Below, one piece after another: positions 46,433 to 61,379 of a stretch of DNA of 64,000 nucleotides. The stretch comes from the human T2T-CHM13v2.0 reference genome, Homo sapiens. The stretch is from assembly GCF_009914755.1 (NCBI RefSeq), contig NC_060928.1. One strand, 5' to 3'. Position 1 is the stretch's first letter; every line of letters begins with the position of its first letter. The position numbers were made by a program, and so were the translations under genes. The notes beneath the pieces were generated by a model. It did no database searches. It saw nothing but the letters and a program-made list of their open reading frames with translations, and was not told the origin of the DNA.

Positions 46433-48340
46433 TTAAGGTGGAAGATAGTTAAGGGAGGTTTTAGTAAGTGCCGTTTTTATGAGCCTCTGCACCAACCCAC
46501 GGATGCACAGTGTGACACAGAACCTGACAAGAATAAGTACACCCATTACAGCTGTGAGGGAAGCAAGAACTGAGGCTATTATCCTTTTCCACTTACTGAA
46601 CCACTTTTCTAGCCATTCTGTAAAGGGGTCATTTACCACTGAGTTGTTGGCTAACTCATTGGACAGAGCAGTCAGACCCTGCAATGCCTTTGTTATACTT
46701 CCATCAGGAGCGGTATTGTTGGGATGAAGGTACAACATTGAGTTTTAATCATGATGCAAACTCCTCCTCTTTTTGCTAATATCATGTCTAAGGCTGTCCT
46801 ATTTTCCCAAGCCATCTGGCTAGTAGCCCCTAATTGCTCAGCACTTCCTTTAACAACATCTCTAGTGTAGTTAATAAATCGCTGTTGGTTGTAGTAGCTG
46901 TACTTTACCCAACCTACATTTTTATTAATTGTCACCCACCAAAATATTGACTGAAATCCTGCAGCTATTTGATTTTGGGCTTTAAATTGATCTAGCATTC
47001 CCCGTGGGACTCCAGTTGTGTTTAAATAGACGTGAGAGTCAAAAGGCCCATAAGGGGCTTCTCTCGCTTTATGATGTCTTACTTTTCTTTTTCTGGTTGA
47101 TGAAATGCTAGGGTGAAAGGGATAGCCAATTGGATTAAAGCATAAGTGCTACTTTAGTTACTCGGCAGGCAGAGTGTCCAGTAAAGGTCCACAACAATAC
47201 CACCACACATCTGCCTGGGGATGAACAATGGCTGACTGATTGATAAGTTCTTGAAAATTCTTAAGCTCACTGCATCCCTTCAGGTCTCCAAGGAATGCTA
47301 AGTTTCTTCCCTGTTGTGAGAGACACGAAGTGAACTTAGTGTTGGGAGACGAAAGCTGGATGGCTCTTGGGGGCTGACCCACAGGGTGACGGACTTCGGG
47401 ATATAGCAGAGAGAGAGTATGACACGACTTGTTACTCCAGGCTTTAGAATCCTGGAAAAGAGCTACCATTACAGCCCATGCTGGTCAACTGGAGGACCAC
47501 CCTAGTGGAAAGGGGACAATCTGGGCCTCTGGCCTGTTGTGCGCACAAGCATAACAATTGCTTTGTTTAACGTGCGGATGGAATATTTGATCCATTCCAA
47601 CCAGGCATTTGCATCTTGGTATCCTGTCTTAATAGCCAAAGTTTGTTTTAAATCTTTAACTTCTACAATAGCTATCTTGGTCTTGTCGTTAGATGGAAGA
47701 GGAGCAATTGTTCTGTTGTGAGAGGTTTTAGAAGAAGGCTTAGAGGAAGGTGCAGGTGGTGTGGGATCAAATAAATGCATTTCAAAGAATCCAATAGGGT
47801 CTGTCCCTGAAACCTTAGCCCCCATACCATAAAATCAGCTTAAAGAAGGGAACTGGCTTGGAAAAGGGGAAGAACTTTGAGGGTTTGAGATAATAACCTG
47901 TATAGGATTGCACTGGTCTAGCTGACAGTTGTGGGGGGTGGGGGCGGGGGAAGAGGGCTGTCCCTTTAGTAAAATGAATGTATGCTTTTAGGAGATTACA
48001 AAAACCAGTTGGGACAGTCCATCCTTGCTCTTTAGTGGTCCACACAACGTTGGACAAACTACAGCATAAAAGCTCTACATAGGGGAGCAAGACTCCTGGT
48101 TGACATTGGGGTCTTTACCAAAATCTCCCCGGATTAAATGGTCCCAATTCACTAATGCCCAGTCTGAGGAGAGTCAGGATGGACAGTGGTACTTTTCTGA
48201 AGTAGAGAGCTGTCATTGACTTGGCAAATCCCCACAGGGTATAACAAGGCAAGCATTAAATACAAACAATTTGAGGCAAAATTGACTTGGTTATGTTAAT
48301 AACTAGATGGTAAGCAACAGAGCGAGGAAAGAAGAGTAAT
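46433..48340 (-). pseudogene. env: Retroviral env pseudogene (gamma-type SU-TM), frameshifted
   Basis: ORF 46693-46998 has ISD-like ENRTALDMILAKRGGVC and CX6CC (CIMIKTQCC); ORF 46433-46738 carries the TM anchor; Cys-rich SU fragments upstream; 5' boundary approximate. Confidence 0.9.
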
Positions 48341-48358
48341 AAAATAGATGAAAGAGAG

Positions 48359-48721
48359 TTAAATTTTTCTTACCTTTAGTTTGATAAGGTTTTCCCCTGG
48401 GACTATGGCCCACAACTCCAGAGGGGGTGGCGCTTTCTTGACTCGGGTGTGATGAGTCCATCCCCTTTTCACTGTAGGAACAGCAGTCTCGGTGGTTAGC
48501 AGCACAAGGCAGGGTCCTTCCCAGGCTGGCTCCAGTTTTCCTTCTTTCCACCCTTTGATGAGAATGTGATCCTCAGGCTGGTGCTGGTTTACCAGAAATT
48601 CTAGGGGTGGTACCTTACCTGTGCTAAAGACTTTTAGTTTTAAGGGAAAGGAAAGTGGAAGATAAACCAAGTATATAATTTCTAAGAAACTTTTCTTTTG
48701 TCTTAAATGTGGGGACATCAA
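48359..48721 (-). pseudogene. pol: Integrase C-terminal remnant
   Basis: KLEPAWEGPCLVLLTTETAV...WTHHTRVK is the gammaretroviral IN GPY/F-type tail. Confidence 0.85.
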
Positions 48722-49651
48722 CAGTGGACTTTATAGTCCTTGGTGCCTTCTTACTGAGAAATTTCCTTTAGCATCTATTTTTATTAGTTTTTAGACCAAA
48801 GAAAGCCAAACACCATTTTATATTTGACAATGCTTTTTGTATGATTTTTATATCAGATAAGCTAAATTTCACCTTTGTATTAGTGTGCTATTAACGTTTA
48901 ACTCAATTTTAATAAAACCTTGTAGACATATTTATCCAACTTTAACGTCTGAGCATAAGGTAAGATTTTTATAGACTCTTTTTAACCTTTTATAATTTTT
49001 GTTAAAGAGCAGGTTAGTGCATTAAGAAACCCATTGTGCTTTTGTTGTAATGTCCAGTTCACAGAAAAACTGGATGATACCCCTTTAACATTAGCCAATA
49101 TGTTTACACACAGAATTCCCATTTTAAAACTTGCTTAAGCCTTTAAAACAAATATTTTAACCTTTTAATGTAGGTAAAAATTCAAATTTTTATGCCTCTT
49201 TAAAACCCTTTTACCAAAAGTATATTTTACTTTCCTTACACACCTTGCACATAAACTGTTTCTTCAATAGTTTTACATTCAGGAGGACTAATTACTTCTA
49301 AATGATACACATTTCTTGCATAAATTCCCTTTTATAACTTTTTTTTCACGACTTTCACAATCTTTGACATGCCTCAAACTTCTGACTTGTTGCAAACATC
49401 CCTTTCTTTAAACAACCAGTTAATTTATTTTAGGACAAGAATTTACCATATAACATTCTTTTTATATAAATTCTTCCCCTCCTTTTTTTTTTTTTTTTTT
49501 TTTTTTAGTTTTCTCCAAAGTGAACTTCCTTCATGTCTGTGGATTCAATTGCCTAAGGCCACAAGATTAGAAAATAGTATAATACAAGTTACACTGTTAA
49601 CTTTTAGCAAACTTTACTTTTGTTGAAAACCTTGTAAGTCTGGGATTTCAA

Positions 49652-50700
<1,049 letters not shown>

Positions 50701-50724
50701 AAAGGAGTAGGGTACACTGTTTTC

Positions 50725-50885
50725 TCTTTACTACTTCTAGCTCTCTCTTTCTCTCTTTGACTTTGTCTCTTTCTCGCTCTCTTTGCCTTCCTCTTTGTCT
50801 GTCTCTTCCTCTCTCTGCATCTCTTTCTCTCTCTCTCTTTCCCCTCTCTCTCTTCTCTATATCCTCTCTGCTGCTCTTTCCCTGC
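50725..50885. repeat. CT-rich low-complexity tract in the provirus
   Basis: Read directly from the sequence. Confidence 0.85.
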
Positions 50886-51030
50886 CTCTGCCAGCCGCTC
50901 TGCTGCTGTGCTCCCCTCTCCTTTCCCTTCCCTAGAGGAGGAACTGGTGGGAGTGGAGCTACTCCTTCCTCCCCCGACAAGAAAGGAAGGAGGAGTTCTG
51001 AATATTTTTCTTACTACTGGAGGTTTGTGT

Positions 51031-51243
51031 GAGGTTCAACCCCCCAAAGGGGATTTCTCACCTCTTTTTGAGGTTCAACCCTTCTCATGGGGACTGCTCA
51101 CCTCTTTTTCAGATTCAACCCCCCTCCCCGCCCCCCGCATGGGGATTTCTCATCTCTTTTTGAGGTTCAACCCCCACTCTTGGGGATTTCTCACGTCTTT
51201 CTGAGGTTCACCCTCCCCTCATGGGGATTTCTCACCTCTTTTT
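51031..51243. repeat. Five-copy minisatellite (39-52 bp units) in the proviral leader
   Basis: Unit GAGGTTCAAC-Cn-GGGGATTTCTCACCTCTTTTT starting at 51031, 51070, 51110, 51162, 51203. Confidence 0.9.
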
Positions 51244-51652
51244 AACCTCCAAGACATCCCGACTAAGGAATACTTCACCGCCCCCATGGCTTTCTTTCCC
51301 TAGTCCAGCCTAAGGAATGCTTTACCGCCCCTGCAGTTTCTCTCTCCTTGGTATGTCCTAACCAAGGAAGGCTTTACCGCCCCGAAGCTTTGTCCTTAGT
51401 CCCGACCACCAAAGAAATACTTTACCAGCTCCCGCGGCTTCTCCTTCCTTGGTCTGCGCACAGAGCCATTGCCACAGTATGTGAGAATCCTTTAAGCTAG
51501 GTTGCTGGCCAGTTTATTGCCGTGTTGCTGAGAGCTGGGGCTATTCCTTGCGCTGGGTGGGTCCTGATTTCTCACCCCTGAGGCCGCCACAAGGGGGCGG
51601 GGCACTCCGCCTCACGAGAGAGAACCAGAGACTGTCCCCGGAGGGGAATGTA

Positions 51653-51670
51653 ATCACAGGCAAGCCCCCA
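51653..51670 (-). other. Primer binding site, tRNA-Pro type
   Basis: TGGGGGCTTGCCTGTGAT, 3 nt after the 5' LTR; 14/18 match to TGGGGGCTCGTCCGGGAT. Confidence 0.85.
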
Positions 51671-51673
51671 AAT

Positions 51674-52119
51674 TGTTGTAAATAAAGTTTCGGTGCTGCA
51701 AAAGAAATAGTCTCGAATATAAAATTTTATTTTTAATTCTCAGCAAGGCAAGTTACTTCTATAGAAGGGTGCACCCTTACGGATGGAGCAATGGTGAGCG
51801 CACACTTGGGCAAGGGAGGGGAAGGGGTTCTTATTCCTGCTGCACATGGTCCCTGCTGCTGTGTCATTCCCCTATTGGCTAGGTTAAGACCGCACAGGCT
51901 AAACTAATTCTGATTGGCTAATTTAAAGAGACTGAGCGGGTGAGTGGTTTAGCGGAAAAAATGGTTATGACAGAGCAGGTAATTGGAATGAGTCAGGGTG
52001 GAGCAGGTAATCGAAAAAGGTTGCTTTACAAGGAAGTTAAGTTTAAAAGTAGAAGGCAAATAACTGAACATACTAACATATTGATTCTTTGAAAAGAAAT
52101 TTAGAACTCATATGTAACA
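51674..52119 (-). promoter_or_regulatory. 5' LTR (LTR10), 446 bp, one AP-1 site
   Basis: Direct repeat of 45856-46329; TGAGTCA at 51989-51995. Confidence 0.9.
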
Positions 52120-52896
52120 TATTTAATGATGATCCTGGTTTTTATTTCCCATTGTACTTTTTGTTTTTCTGTAAGGTGTGTGATATTTTCTCCATTTGAA
52201 CTTTAAATCACAAATAGAGTTCTTGGTAATGTCTAATATTTTTAGTTTAAAAATCTTGTTTTAAATTTTTAAGATCTCTGCTGTTGTCATTCTTATGATA
52301 TTGAATCTATTTAAGTGCATATGTTTTGTTGCTGTTGTTGTTGATCTGGTTTTCTTTTTTTTTCTTCCCTAGTGTCAGAGGTATTGATTTCATTCCCTTA
52401 CATGCTATAGCAACCACCTAAAGGGAACTCTTGGTTAGTTCTCTCCCTTTCATATACAGGGAAGTGATTTATAAAAAGTTTCCTAAACTGAACCTTCCCT
52501 AGCGTTAGCCACATGAGAAAATACCTAGAGCAATGAACAGAAAGAAGACTGTAACATGTTTTCCTTAGTAGCTGAAGAAACCTAATTGGCTCTCACAATG
52601 AGATATTCAAGAAATTCAAGGAATTCTCTTAAGACTCCATCAGTGTTTGCCACATTTCCTACTGAATGAGAAACCCCAAGATACTGGAAGTGAAGGGAAA
52701 ATCATGGACCTCACAAAATTACGAGAAGTTGTTTGCTTTGAGAATTTTTTCCTATAAGATAGATTTAGATAGATCTTTGCAATGGACATTTTTCATTTGA
52801 GTCAATAACCCAAAACTGAAACCACCTGTATATTTTCCCACCTTATGAAATTTATAGGAGAGGAAAAACCACCTCTCCTTAAAAATACTGAGAATA

Positions 52897-53205
<309 letters not shown>

Positions 53206-54524
53206 AAAAAGTATGTGAGCATACTGGGTTTAAAATTTATAACAATTAGATTAATGTACCTGATGATAGGATGAGTAAAGAAATTGGAAATCTTGAGATA
53301 CATATAGAGAAAAGTAACCAAGTAGCATGAGTTAGGCTTAAGTCTGAATTAAACCTTACAGTATGAGGTCAGGGCACAGTGAAGGATTTGGTTAATAAGG
53401 AAGGGATCAGATTAAATTAAAGCATTTTTAGGTGAAAACAAAAAAGCTGATATTGGCAAATACTAATTATTGGCCAAATAAATTATTACAAAATAATATT
53501 TAAATATATATAAGTGCTTGATAAAAAGTCAGGATCACAATTTTGAAGCTAATCACAAGGATATGGCCTTGAATAGCTCACTAAATGTTGTAGAAAATGT
53601 AGTAACTCATTTTACAATAGTTTTTCATTGTTATATTTAATCCACATAACAATTCTGATAGGTATTATTCTGATTTTACTAACAAGAAAAGCACAGTTAG
53701 TTACAGGCCTAAAGTAACCTGGTTACAGCTGTTGTGCCCTGCACTAGCTGATTCTAAAGTTTTTACTTTGGGTATATACTTAATGGCTTTTTTCCTTTTT
53801 GTATAGCTTTATTAAACTCACTAGTTTGATAGGTCCATATCAAGGGTGTTGCCAACAAATGCTGCAGGTCAAAATGGAGTCTAATAAATGATGACTCAAT
53901 GATTATATATAGGAGATTGCAGGAAAGTATTCTGCTACAAGCACTGATGAAAAGGCCTGAATACAATGCAGTTACAAAGAAAAATCTCTTATTTGAAAAA
54001 TGATTTCCAAGCTTTTTCATCTATGACTGTTTAGAAAGATTTTAAGTGATATTACCATGTCTTTATTTGTCAGTTAGGAAAATAAAGTGAAAAAGAAGAA
54101 ATAAACTATTATACTTTGTGTGCATGCTCTAATAGAAACAAATGTATATTATGCCATGACTGAGTGAATATTAATGATAAAAGAATGCAGTCATTATTGC
54201 AAGAATTGGTTAATGATTTTGAGAATGAAAGTTTGGCTTTATATAGAGATTTTTATTTTAAATCAATAAATTTAACCAAACCTTTTTCTGTCTCAGAATA
54301 ATTGTGCCTCTGGAACCATGATGCTGCCACAAAGTGGGAATCAATATTTACTACTATGATTTGTGGCTTATAATAGCAATGATTATTATGAGTTTCAGTC
54401 TATTAATAATATAAGGCTTTTCCTATCATGAATATTAAACAAATAGTATGTAAAAATTCAGAAAGTACTTTCATAGAGGAGAAAATCAATACCAGCAATT
54501 ATTGGGGGTTGGGTATAAGGCAAT

Positions 54525-54907
54525 TTTATTGGTCTGTTCTCACATTGCTATAACAAATTACCTGAGCCTGGGAGGTCTATTTAAAAAAAGAAGTTTAATT
54601 AGCTCATGATTCTGCAGGCTGTATAGGAATCATGGCTTGAGGAGGCCTCAGGAAACTTAAAATCATGGTGGAAGGCAAAGGGGAGGCCCATACGTGCTAC
54701 ATGGCTTGAGCAGGAGGAAGAGAGAGTGAAGAGGATAATGCTACACACTTTTAAGCAAACAGATTTCATGAGAATTCCATCACAAGAACAGCAAGGGGGA
54801 ACTTTGCCCGCATGATTAAACCACTTTCCACCAGGCCCCTCCTTCAACACGTGGGGATTACAATTCAGCTTGAGATTTGGGTGGGGACACAGGGCCAAAC
54901 CATAGCA
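54525..54907 (-). mobile_element. MaLR solo LTR, MSTB-like
   Basis: GGAGGCCTCAGGAAACTT, TGAGATTTGGGTGGGGACACAG...AAACCATAGCA. Confidence 0.88.
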
Positions 54908-57900
54908 ACAGCTCCCTAAAGCAGAACAGCCTATTAGGAAAAGTCTGAGTCAAAGGCAAGAGGAGAATGTTCAGGTAGATGAGCAGTATTCAGTATAGAA
55001 AATCATCAATAAACTTTAATGGCTAAAATGTTGGTTCAATCTTCATATTAGAGACAGAGGGAGAAAAAGTTACATTGACTAAAATTTAAAAGGCAGCACC
55101 CCAGTAGGAATCTAGACACAGACTTACCATAAATATTGTGTAAGTAGAAGTTTGAGCACAAGGATCCAGTTAGTTGATTTGGGGTATAATTTTGCAGTAG
55201 AAATAGTACAAAGTTTGTCTTATAGCAGAATAGATTTGATTAAATCATAACGATAGTCATGACTTCATGTTTATCAAGTAAGATAATTAGGGGTCTATAA
55301 TTAGGAGACAAAAGGTTATATATAGTTTAATAATTCTAATAACCTAATTCTGACTATTTAAATTTTAGAGTCTAGAAATAATAGCCACAGTCAATCACTA
55401 AGGAAATATTCATACATGTATAAATGGACAAAAGTAGACTAGGATGAAGTTTTTTTTTATTCTAATAAAAATATTATTATTGCACTTTTCAATCTTGGAT
55501 TTTGTGGCACCCACACAACACTCATAAATGTGATTAAATGCCAGCTAGTGATGATGACTGAGTTTACAACTATAAATAAGACGTGATATTACCTGCATTA
55601 TTGTTTCCTCAATCTGGATGTGCATATATAAAACATCAGTATTTTGTGTGTGTCATTTAATCTGAGATCAATCTATTTTCATCACTTAACATAGCCTTTA
55701 CAATGTAACAGATAATAAAGACAGAACTATTTAAACATTAAAAAATAATGACATGATCTTTCAATCATCTAGGCTTGTATGTTGATACCATAAGATTCTA
55801 TGAATAGATGGAAAAATCTAAAGTTTAAAATTTTACACTGTCTTGCGTAAAGCTCCTTTGGTTTTTATTTAATCATTCTTTTTGTACCTACTGAAACAAG
55901 TGACTGTCTTCTTGTGAAAAATCTTCTACATTCAGGAAAACTTTTATTATTAAAATGTTTTCAGATCTATTGAATAAGTTATATAATAACATGAAATTCT
56001 ATTTTATCTGTTAAGAAAAATCCTACTATCTTTCTTATATTATGCTTTTAAAATTTTTTGTTTTCAAATTTTATTGTCTCTATATACAAATAAAGCTAAA
56101 AGAGACTATAAGTGGCACATCATTCTTTTATCTTCTGGATTTTGCTTATTGTTTTAACACCTGGATAACAAAATACTTATTTATGTTCTAGAAGGATAAA
56201 GTCACTTCACTGTTTTATTCCTCTTGCTTTTCCCAAATTAACATTTTGTTTACGATGATTTAGTCTGTGCTCTTAGGACATGTTTATGGCACTGGACTTT
56301 AGCTAGACTTACACAAGATTGACAGAGAGTATTGTCATTTAACATGGACTTTAATGACTAGATAGATTGGTGGCACTTGCATATTGTGTTTTCTTTCCAA
56401 TAGATATCAACATTGATTTATGGATGATTCCATTGAAACTACTTTAGTAACTGAATATGATGCCTGACAAGAGAATCTTGTGTATCAGTACACTAGAACA
56501 GTCTACCTTGAACAGGATGATACATTATTTATACTTCACTCTCTGAGCTTCTCTAGGGAGACTCTGTATTTTTCTGTTCAGTTTTCCAATTCTTCCATTG
56601 ATTTTGGCAGGACCAGGATACTCAGCTTAAAAATAGATCATGTTAACGATTTAATTTTTTAAAATCTTTGACACAAATCAAGAGTTGAGAACTCTTACCT
56701 TTGGCAATAAAATCAGGTAATATTGCAGAAGCATGGTATGATACAATGACATTTAAACCTTGTGTATATAAAAACCACCCACGAGGCTTATTAATACTTG
56801 TGCCATATATAGAGATTGTGATTCAGATGGTTGTGTTAAGTTGAGGAATGTGGATTTTAACATAAATTCCCAGAGGACTTTTATGCAGGCTGCTGAAACA
56901 GTACTTTATAGAAAGCTAGCACACTAGATTAAGCAGAAGGCTACTTGGTTAGTCAAACCCAGATTTCATCTTACCTTAAGGATTTTCAAATATTATTGGA
57001 TTGCTGTGAGGTCTAAAAGCTTGCTATAAATGTTCAAAAAATGTTATTTCTTTCCATTAGCTAGTATTTTGTTTAATTCAGGGAACACATTTTAGTGTTG
57101 ATTGCTTAAAGTGAAGTTCCTTTCACTGAAGTTAAATAAATTCAGAGATTTTATTAGCTGAAAGGCTCCACCAATAAATTTTTAAATAATGTAGACTTTT
57201 TGAAGAAAAGAGGTTTTACTTAACATTATATATGTTCCTCAACATGACACACATATATTTATGTTCATACTTCCAGCTTCTTAATTCATGCCAATTCATT
57301 GAATTTTCATTTTATTTTATATCTCATCCTGCCAATTTGTTCACATAGAATTCAAGTATTTTAAATTTGTTATCATCTTTGAAGCAATATCTTAAATTAA
57401 CCTCATAATTTGGAATAAATACAGAATAGGAGCAACACTATATTTTGATAAGAACATATTCGACTTGCCATGACAAACTAAACCTTTTTAATAGCTCAAT
57501 TTATTAGGATAAAATGGCAACATTATAGTTCCCACCAGTAAGTAAAAATAGTATGGTCATAATAGAGAAATATAATGATAAGATGAGAGAGAATCTTATA
57601 ATGTCGATGCCTGAAAACTTCTGAAAAATCCTCACCAATTGAAGCTTTTATAAGCTTCTAATTGTATTGTGATAAATGCATCTGTCTGGTGTAGAGAACT
57701 ATCAACCTAAGTACATGTGCAGCAGCGAAAGTTGAGTTCCTTACAGAGAAAATCTATAATTTTATAATAAAAAAGCATTCACTGCCTTCCCAAACATAAA
57801 GAATAATTTTAAAGATTAAAATAAAAGCTTCAGAACACAGTTGCACATTTTCTAATGGAATGACAAACTTGTTTCCACTCTAGAAAGCATTTTTGACAAA

Positions 57901-58121
57901 GTTTCATACTTGAGGTTAATGACAATGTCTTAAGGGCATGAGTCTTGAATGAGAGTAGAGTTGGTTCCTAAAACTGAAGGAAAAAAAAGAAAAAAATATA
58001 TATATAATGACACAGTCCAGGGCAGTAAATAAGAATAAAAGTGAAAGAAAATTAGGATTATGAGTCACTCTAAAACTCAAATAGCGGACAAATTAACATC
58101 AAAATAAGTCGTAAAAATGTG

Positions 58122-58640
58122 TGTGTTGGTTAATATTATGTGTCAACTTGATTGAAGGATGCAAAGTATTGTTTCTGGGTGTGTCTGGGATTAACGTTTG
58201 AGTCAGTGGACTGCGAGAGGCAGACCCACCCTTAATCTGGGTGGACTGCCAGCGAGGATAGAAAAAGCAGGCAGAAGGTGGAATTAGTAGACTTGCTGAG
58301 TCTTCCGGCCTTCATCTTTCTCCTGCGCTGGATGCTTCCTGCCTAGGAACATCAGACGCCAAGTTCTTCAGCTTTTGGACTCTTGGACTTCATACTACTG
58401 GTTTGCAGGGGCTCTCAGGCTTTGGCCACAGACTGAACAAGCTGTACTGTTGGCTTCTCTACTTTTGAGTTTTGAGACTCGGACTGATCCACTACTGGCT
58501 TCCTGGCTTCCGAACTTGCAGATGGCCTTTTGTGAGATTTTACCTTGTGATCATGTGAGTCAATTCTCCTTAATAAATTCCCTTTCATATATACATCTAT
58601 CCTATTAGTTCTGTCCCTCTAGAGAACCCTGACTAATACA
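58122..58640 (+). mobile_element. HERV-L solo LTR, MLT2A
   Basis: GTGTCAACTTGATTGAAGGATGCAAAGTATTG start; CCTATTAGTTCTGTCCCTCTAGAGAACCCTGACTAATACA end. Confidence 0.92.
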
Positions 58641-59179
58641 ATATTTAAATGCACATCGCTAATTTTTTCCAAGTTACATACAAATAAATATTGAAACAAT
58701 GATAATAACAAGAAAGGTCAAAGCTTCTCCATGTAAAAAAATAGTGAGTCAGTCTGCTCTTACATAAAAGCATTATTGTTTCCAATAGTGACTGTTGGAA
58801 TTTAGCACAAAATATAAAAGATGAAAAGAATTTGTACACTCCAGAAAAAAAAAAAGGGCAACAATAGTGGGAGGGAGCCCTTCTCACTTTTCATTCTTGT
58901 TATTAATGAATAATTCTCCAGGCCACATTTAAAAAAGGAAATTGTTGTGCTTAGCTCTTTAGTTAGTTGACAAGTTGACATCCTCATAATACATCTTATG
59001 ATTAATTATAATCAAAATCACAATGAAGCATGGAATGTACTCAAGAGAGAAAAATTCTTATAAAGTTAGAAATCAATACTTTGTCAATATTACTTCTAGA
59101 GTGTTTCTAGAGTTATGCTACCACTTATCAAGCGATTGTATAAAATTATATAAAATCTCTCTACATGCCTACCTGCACT

Positions 59180-61245
59180 GCTGAATTCAGTTGGCTAGTA
59201 TAGTATTTTGTTGAGGATTTTTGTATCAATATTTGTCAGGAATATTAGTCTATAGTTTTCTTGTAGTGTCTTTGGCTTTAGTTACAGGGTAATGCTGATC
59301 TCACAGGAGGAGTTAGGAAGTGATTCCCTCCTCTTCAATTTTCTGAAAAATTTGAAAAGGATTGGTATTTGTTCTTTAAATGTTTTGTAGAGTTCTAAAG
59401 TGAAGCTGTGTGGTCCTGGGCTTTTTCTTTTGGGGAGATTAGGATGACTGATTCAATATTCTTACTGGTATAGGCCTGTTCGGATTTCTTATTTTTTCAT
59501 AATTTAGTTTGGTAGGTTGTATGTTTCTAGAAATTTATCCATTTCTTCCGGGTTGTACAATTTGTTGATGTATAATTATTCATAGTAATGTCATAATTCT
59601 TTTTGTTTCTGTGGCATTAGTTGTAATGCCTCTTATCTCTGATTTTAGTTATGTCGGTACTCTTTCTTATGTTCTTAGTTAATATACCTAAGGATTTGTC
59701 ATTTTGTTAATCTTCTCAAAAAAATCAAATTTTTTTCTATTCTCTATTTTATTTATGTTCTAATTTTTCTTTCCTTTCTTCTGCTAACTTTGAAATTAGT
59801 TTATTCTTCTTTTTCTAGTACCTTGAGGTGTAAGGTTAAATTGTTGATTTATTTCTTTTTTAAATATAAGTGTTTATCACTATAAATTTGTCTCTTAATA
59901 CTATTTTGCTGCATCCCATATATTTTGATGTAACATGTTCTTATTTTCATTTATCTCAAGATATTTTTTACTTTAATTTTCATTATAATTTCTTCTTTAA
60001 TACATTAGATGTTTGAGAGTTTGTTGTTTAATTCTCATATATTCATGAATTTTTCCATTTTTTTGTTTTGTTTTGTTTTTCCCTGGTATTGATTTCTAGT
60101 TTCATTTTATCATGGATGAAAAATGTGCTTTGCATGATTTCCATCTTTTACAAATTTTTAAAATTTATTTCTGTTTTTTTTTTTGTTTATTTTAACATGT
60201 GGTATATTCTGGAGAATATTTTATGTGCACTTGAGAAGAATACATATTCTGCTTTTATTAGGTGTGATGTTCCATAGATGTCTATTAGGTCCAACAGAGC
60301 TACAGTATTGTTTAAATTCTGTTTCCTTATTGATCCTCTGTCTGCTTGTTCTGTCCGTATTTGAAAGTGAGTTTTCTATTTCATTGTAGATATTCACATT
60401 TGGTTCAGGCATTATTTTCCTGATTCTATTTAGTTTTCTATATGTGTTTCCTTTTTTGAGCATCTTTAAGACAGTTATTTTGAATTATTTGTCAGGTAAT
60501 TTATAAATCTCCTTTCTTTAGGGTCAGTTTCTAGAGATTTGTTTTACTTCTCTTAGGGCCATATTTTCCTCTTTATTTGTATGTTTTGGGATCTTTTGTT
60601 GTGATTTTGGCATTTGACAATACAGCCATTTCTCCCAGTTTTTATGGACTGTCTTCATACACAGGAAGACCTTTATCAATCAACCTGCATCAATATTCTG
60701 AAGCTCTGAAGCTTTCTCAAATCTTTTTAAAAGATATGCTTTATCTTGTCTTGGGGATATTTAATTTTCCAATTAAAGATGTTGGTATTTCTTCTCTGGT
60801 TTCCATAATTTCTTATGTTATGTTCCACAATTTCTTCTTGTTGTCTATCTGCAATATTACTATCTCTCTGGTGCTTAACAAGCCACAGTGCTTGCTTTTG
60901 TTCTCGAAATCCCCTAATGATGACTAAGAACTGGATGTCCAAACCAGTGCTTCTCTCAGTGCTGTCAGGACAGACAGAAATGAGTCCCTTGGGCAGTCCC
61001 TGAAAAGCCAGAATGTTTAATCCATGGTCCGCTTCTCTCTTAGGGGGATTGACTATGGTAGGTAAATTTTCCTTCCTGTTTTGATATGTCACTTCCTGGT
61101 TTTGCATTCATCTGGGTGCTCCAACCTCTTAATTTGTTTCTGAAGCTTTCACAAAAGCAATTTTGTCTGTATATTGTTAGGTTAGTGTCTCCAGGAAGGA
61201 ATAAGGACCTGTGGTTTCCTATACCACTGTCTTGCTGACATCATT
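59180..61245 (-). mobile_element. L1M element: 5'UTR, ORF1 start and ORF2 endonuclease region
   Basis: Antisense ORF2 motifs (TGGTCCTGGGCTTTT, TTGAGAAGAATACATATTCTGC); 5' end TGATGTCAGCAAGA on the minus strand. Confidence 0.8.
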
Positions 61246-61379
61246 CCAAAATGTTAATACTTTAGCTTTTGATTTCCTCTTTGATTTATAAGTTATTTAG
61301 AGATCTGTTGTTATCCTTATATTTCTTCCTATGTATAAAACCTATCAATCAATTCTTGCTGCTTTTAACATTTTTTTTC

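Noticed and set aside
46433-48340. Possible domesticated syncytin-like env gene
   Set aside because: Multiple frameshifts and stops; no continuous ORF much longer than 100 codons
51031-51430. Regularly spaced repeats superficially like a CRISPR array
   Set aside because: Eukaryotic ERV leader minisatellite with no unique spacers and no cas genes
60577-61107. 116-aa and 126-aa ORFs
   Set aside because: They lie in an old L1 5'UTR/ORF1 region and have no domain features, so they are likely chance ORFs
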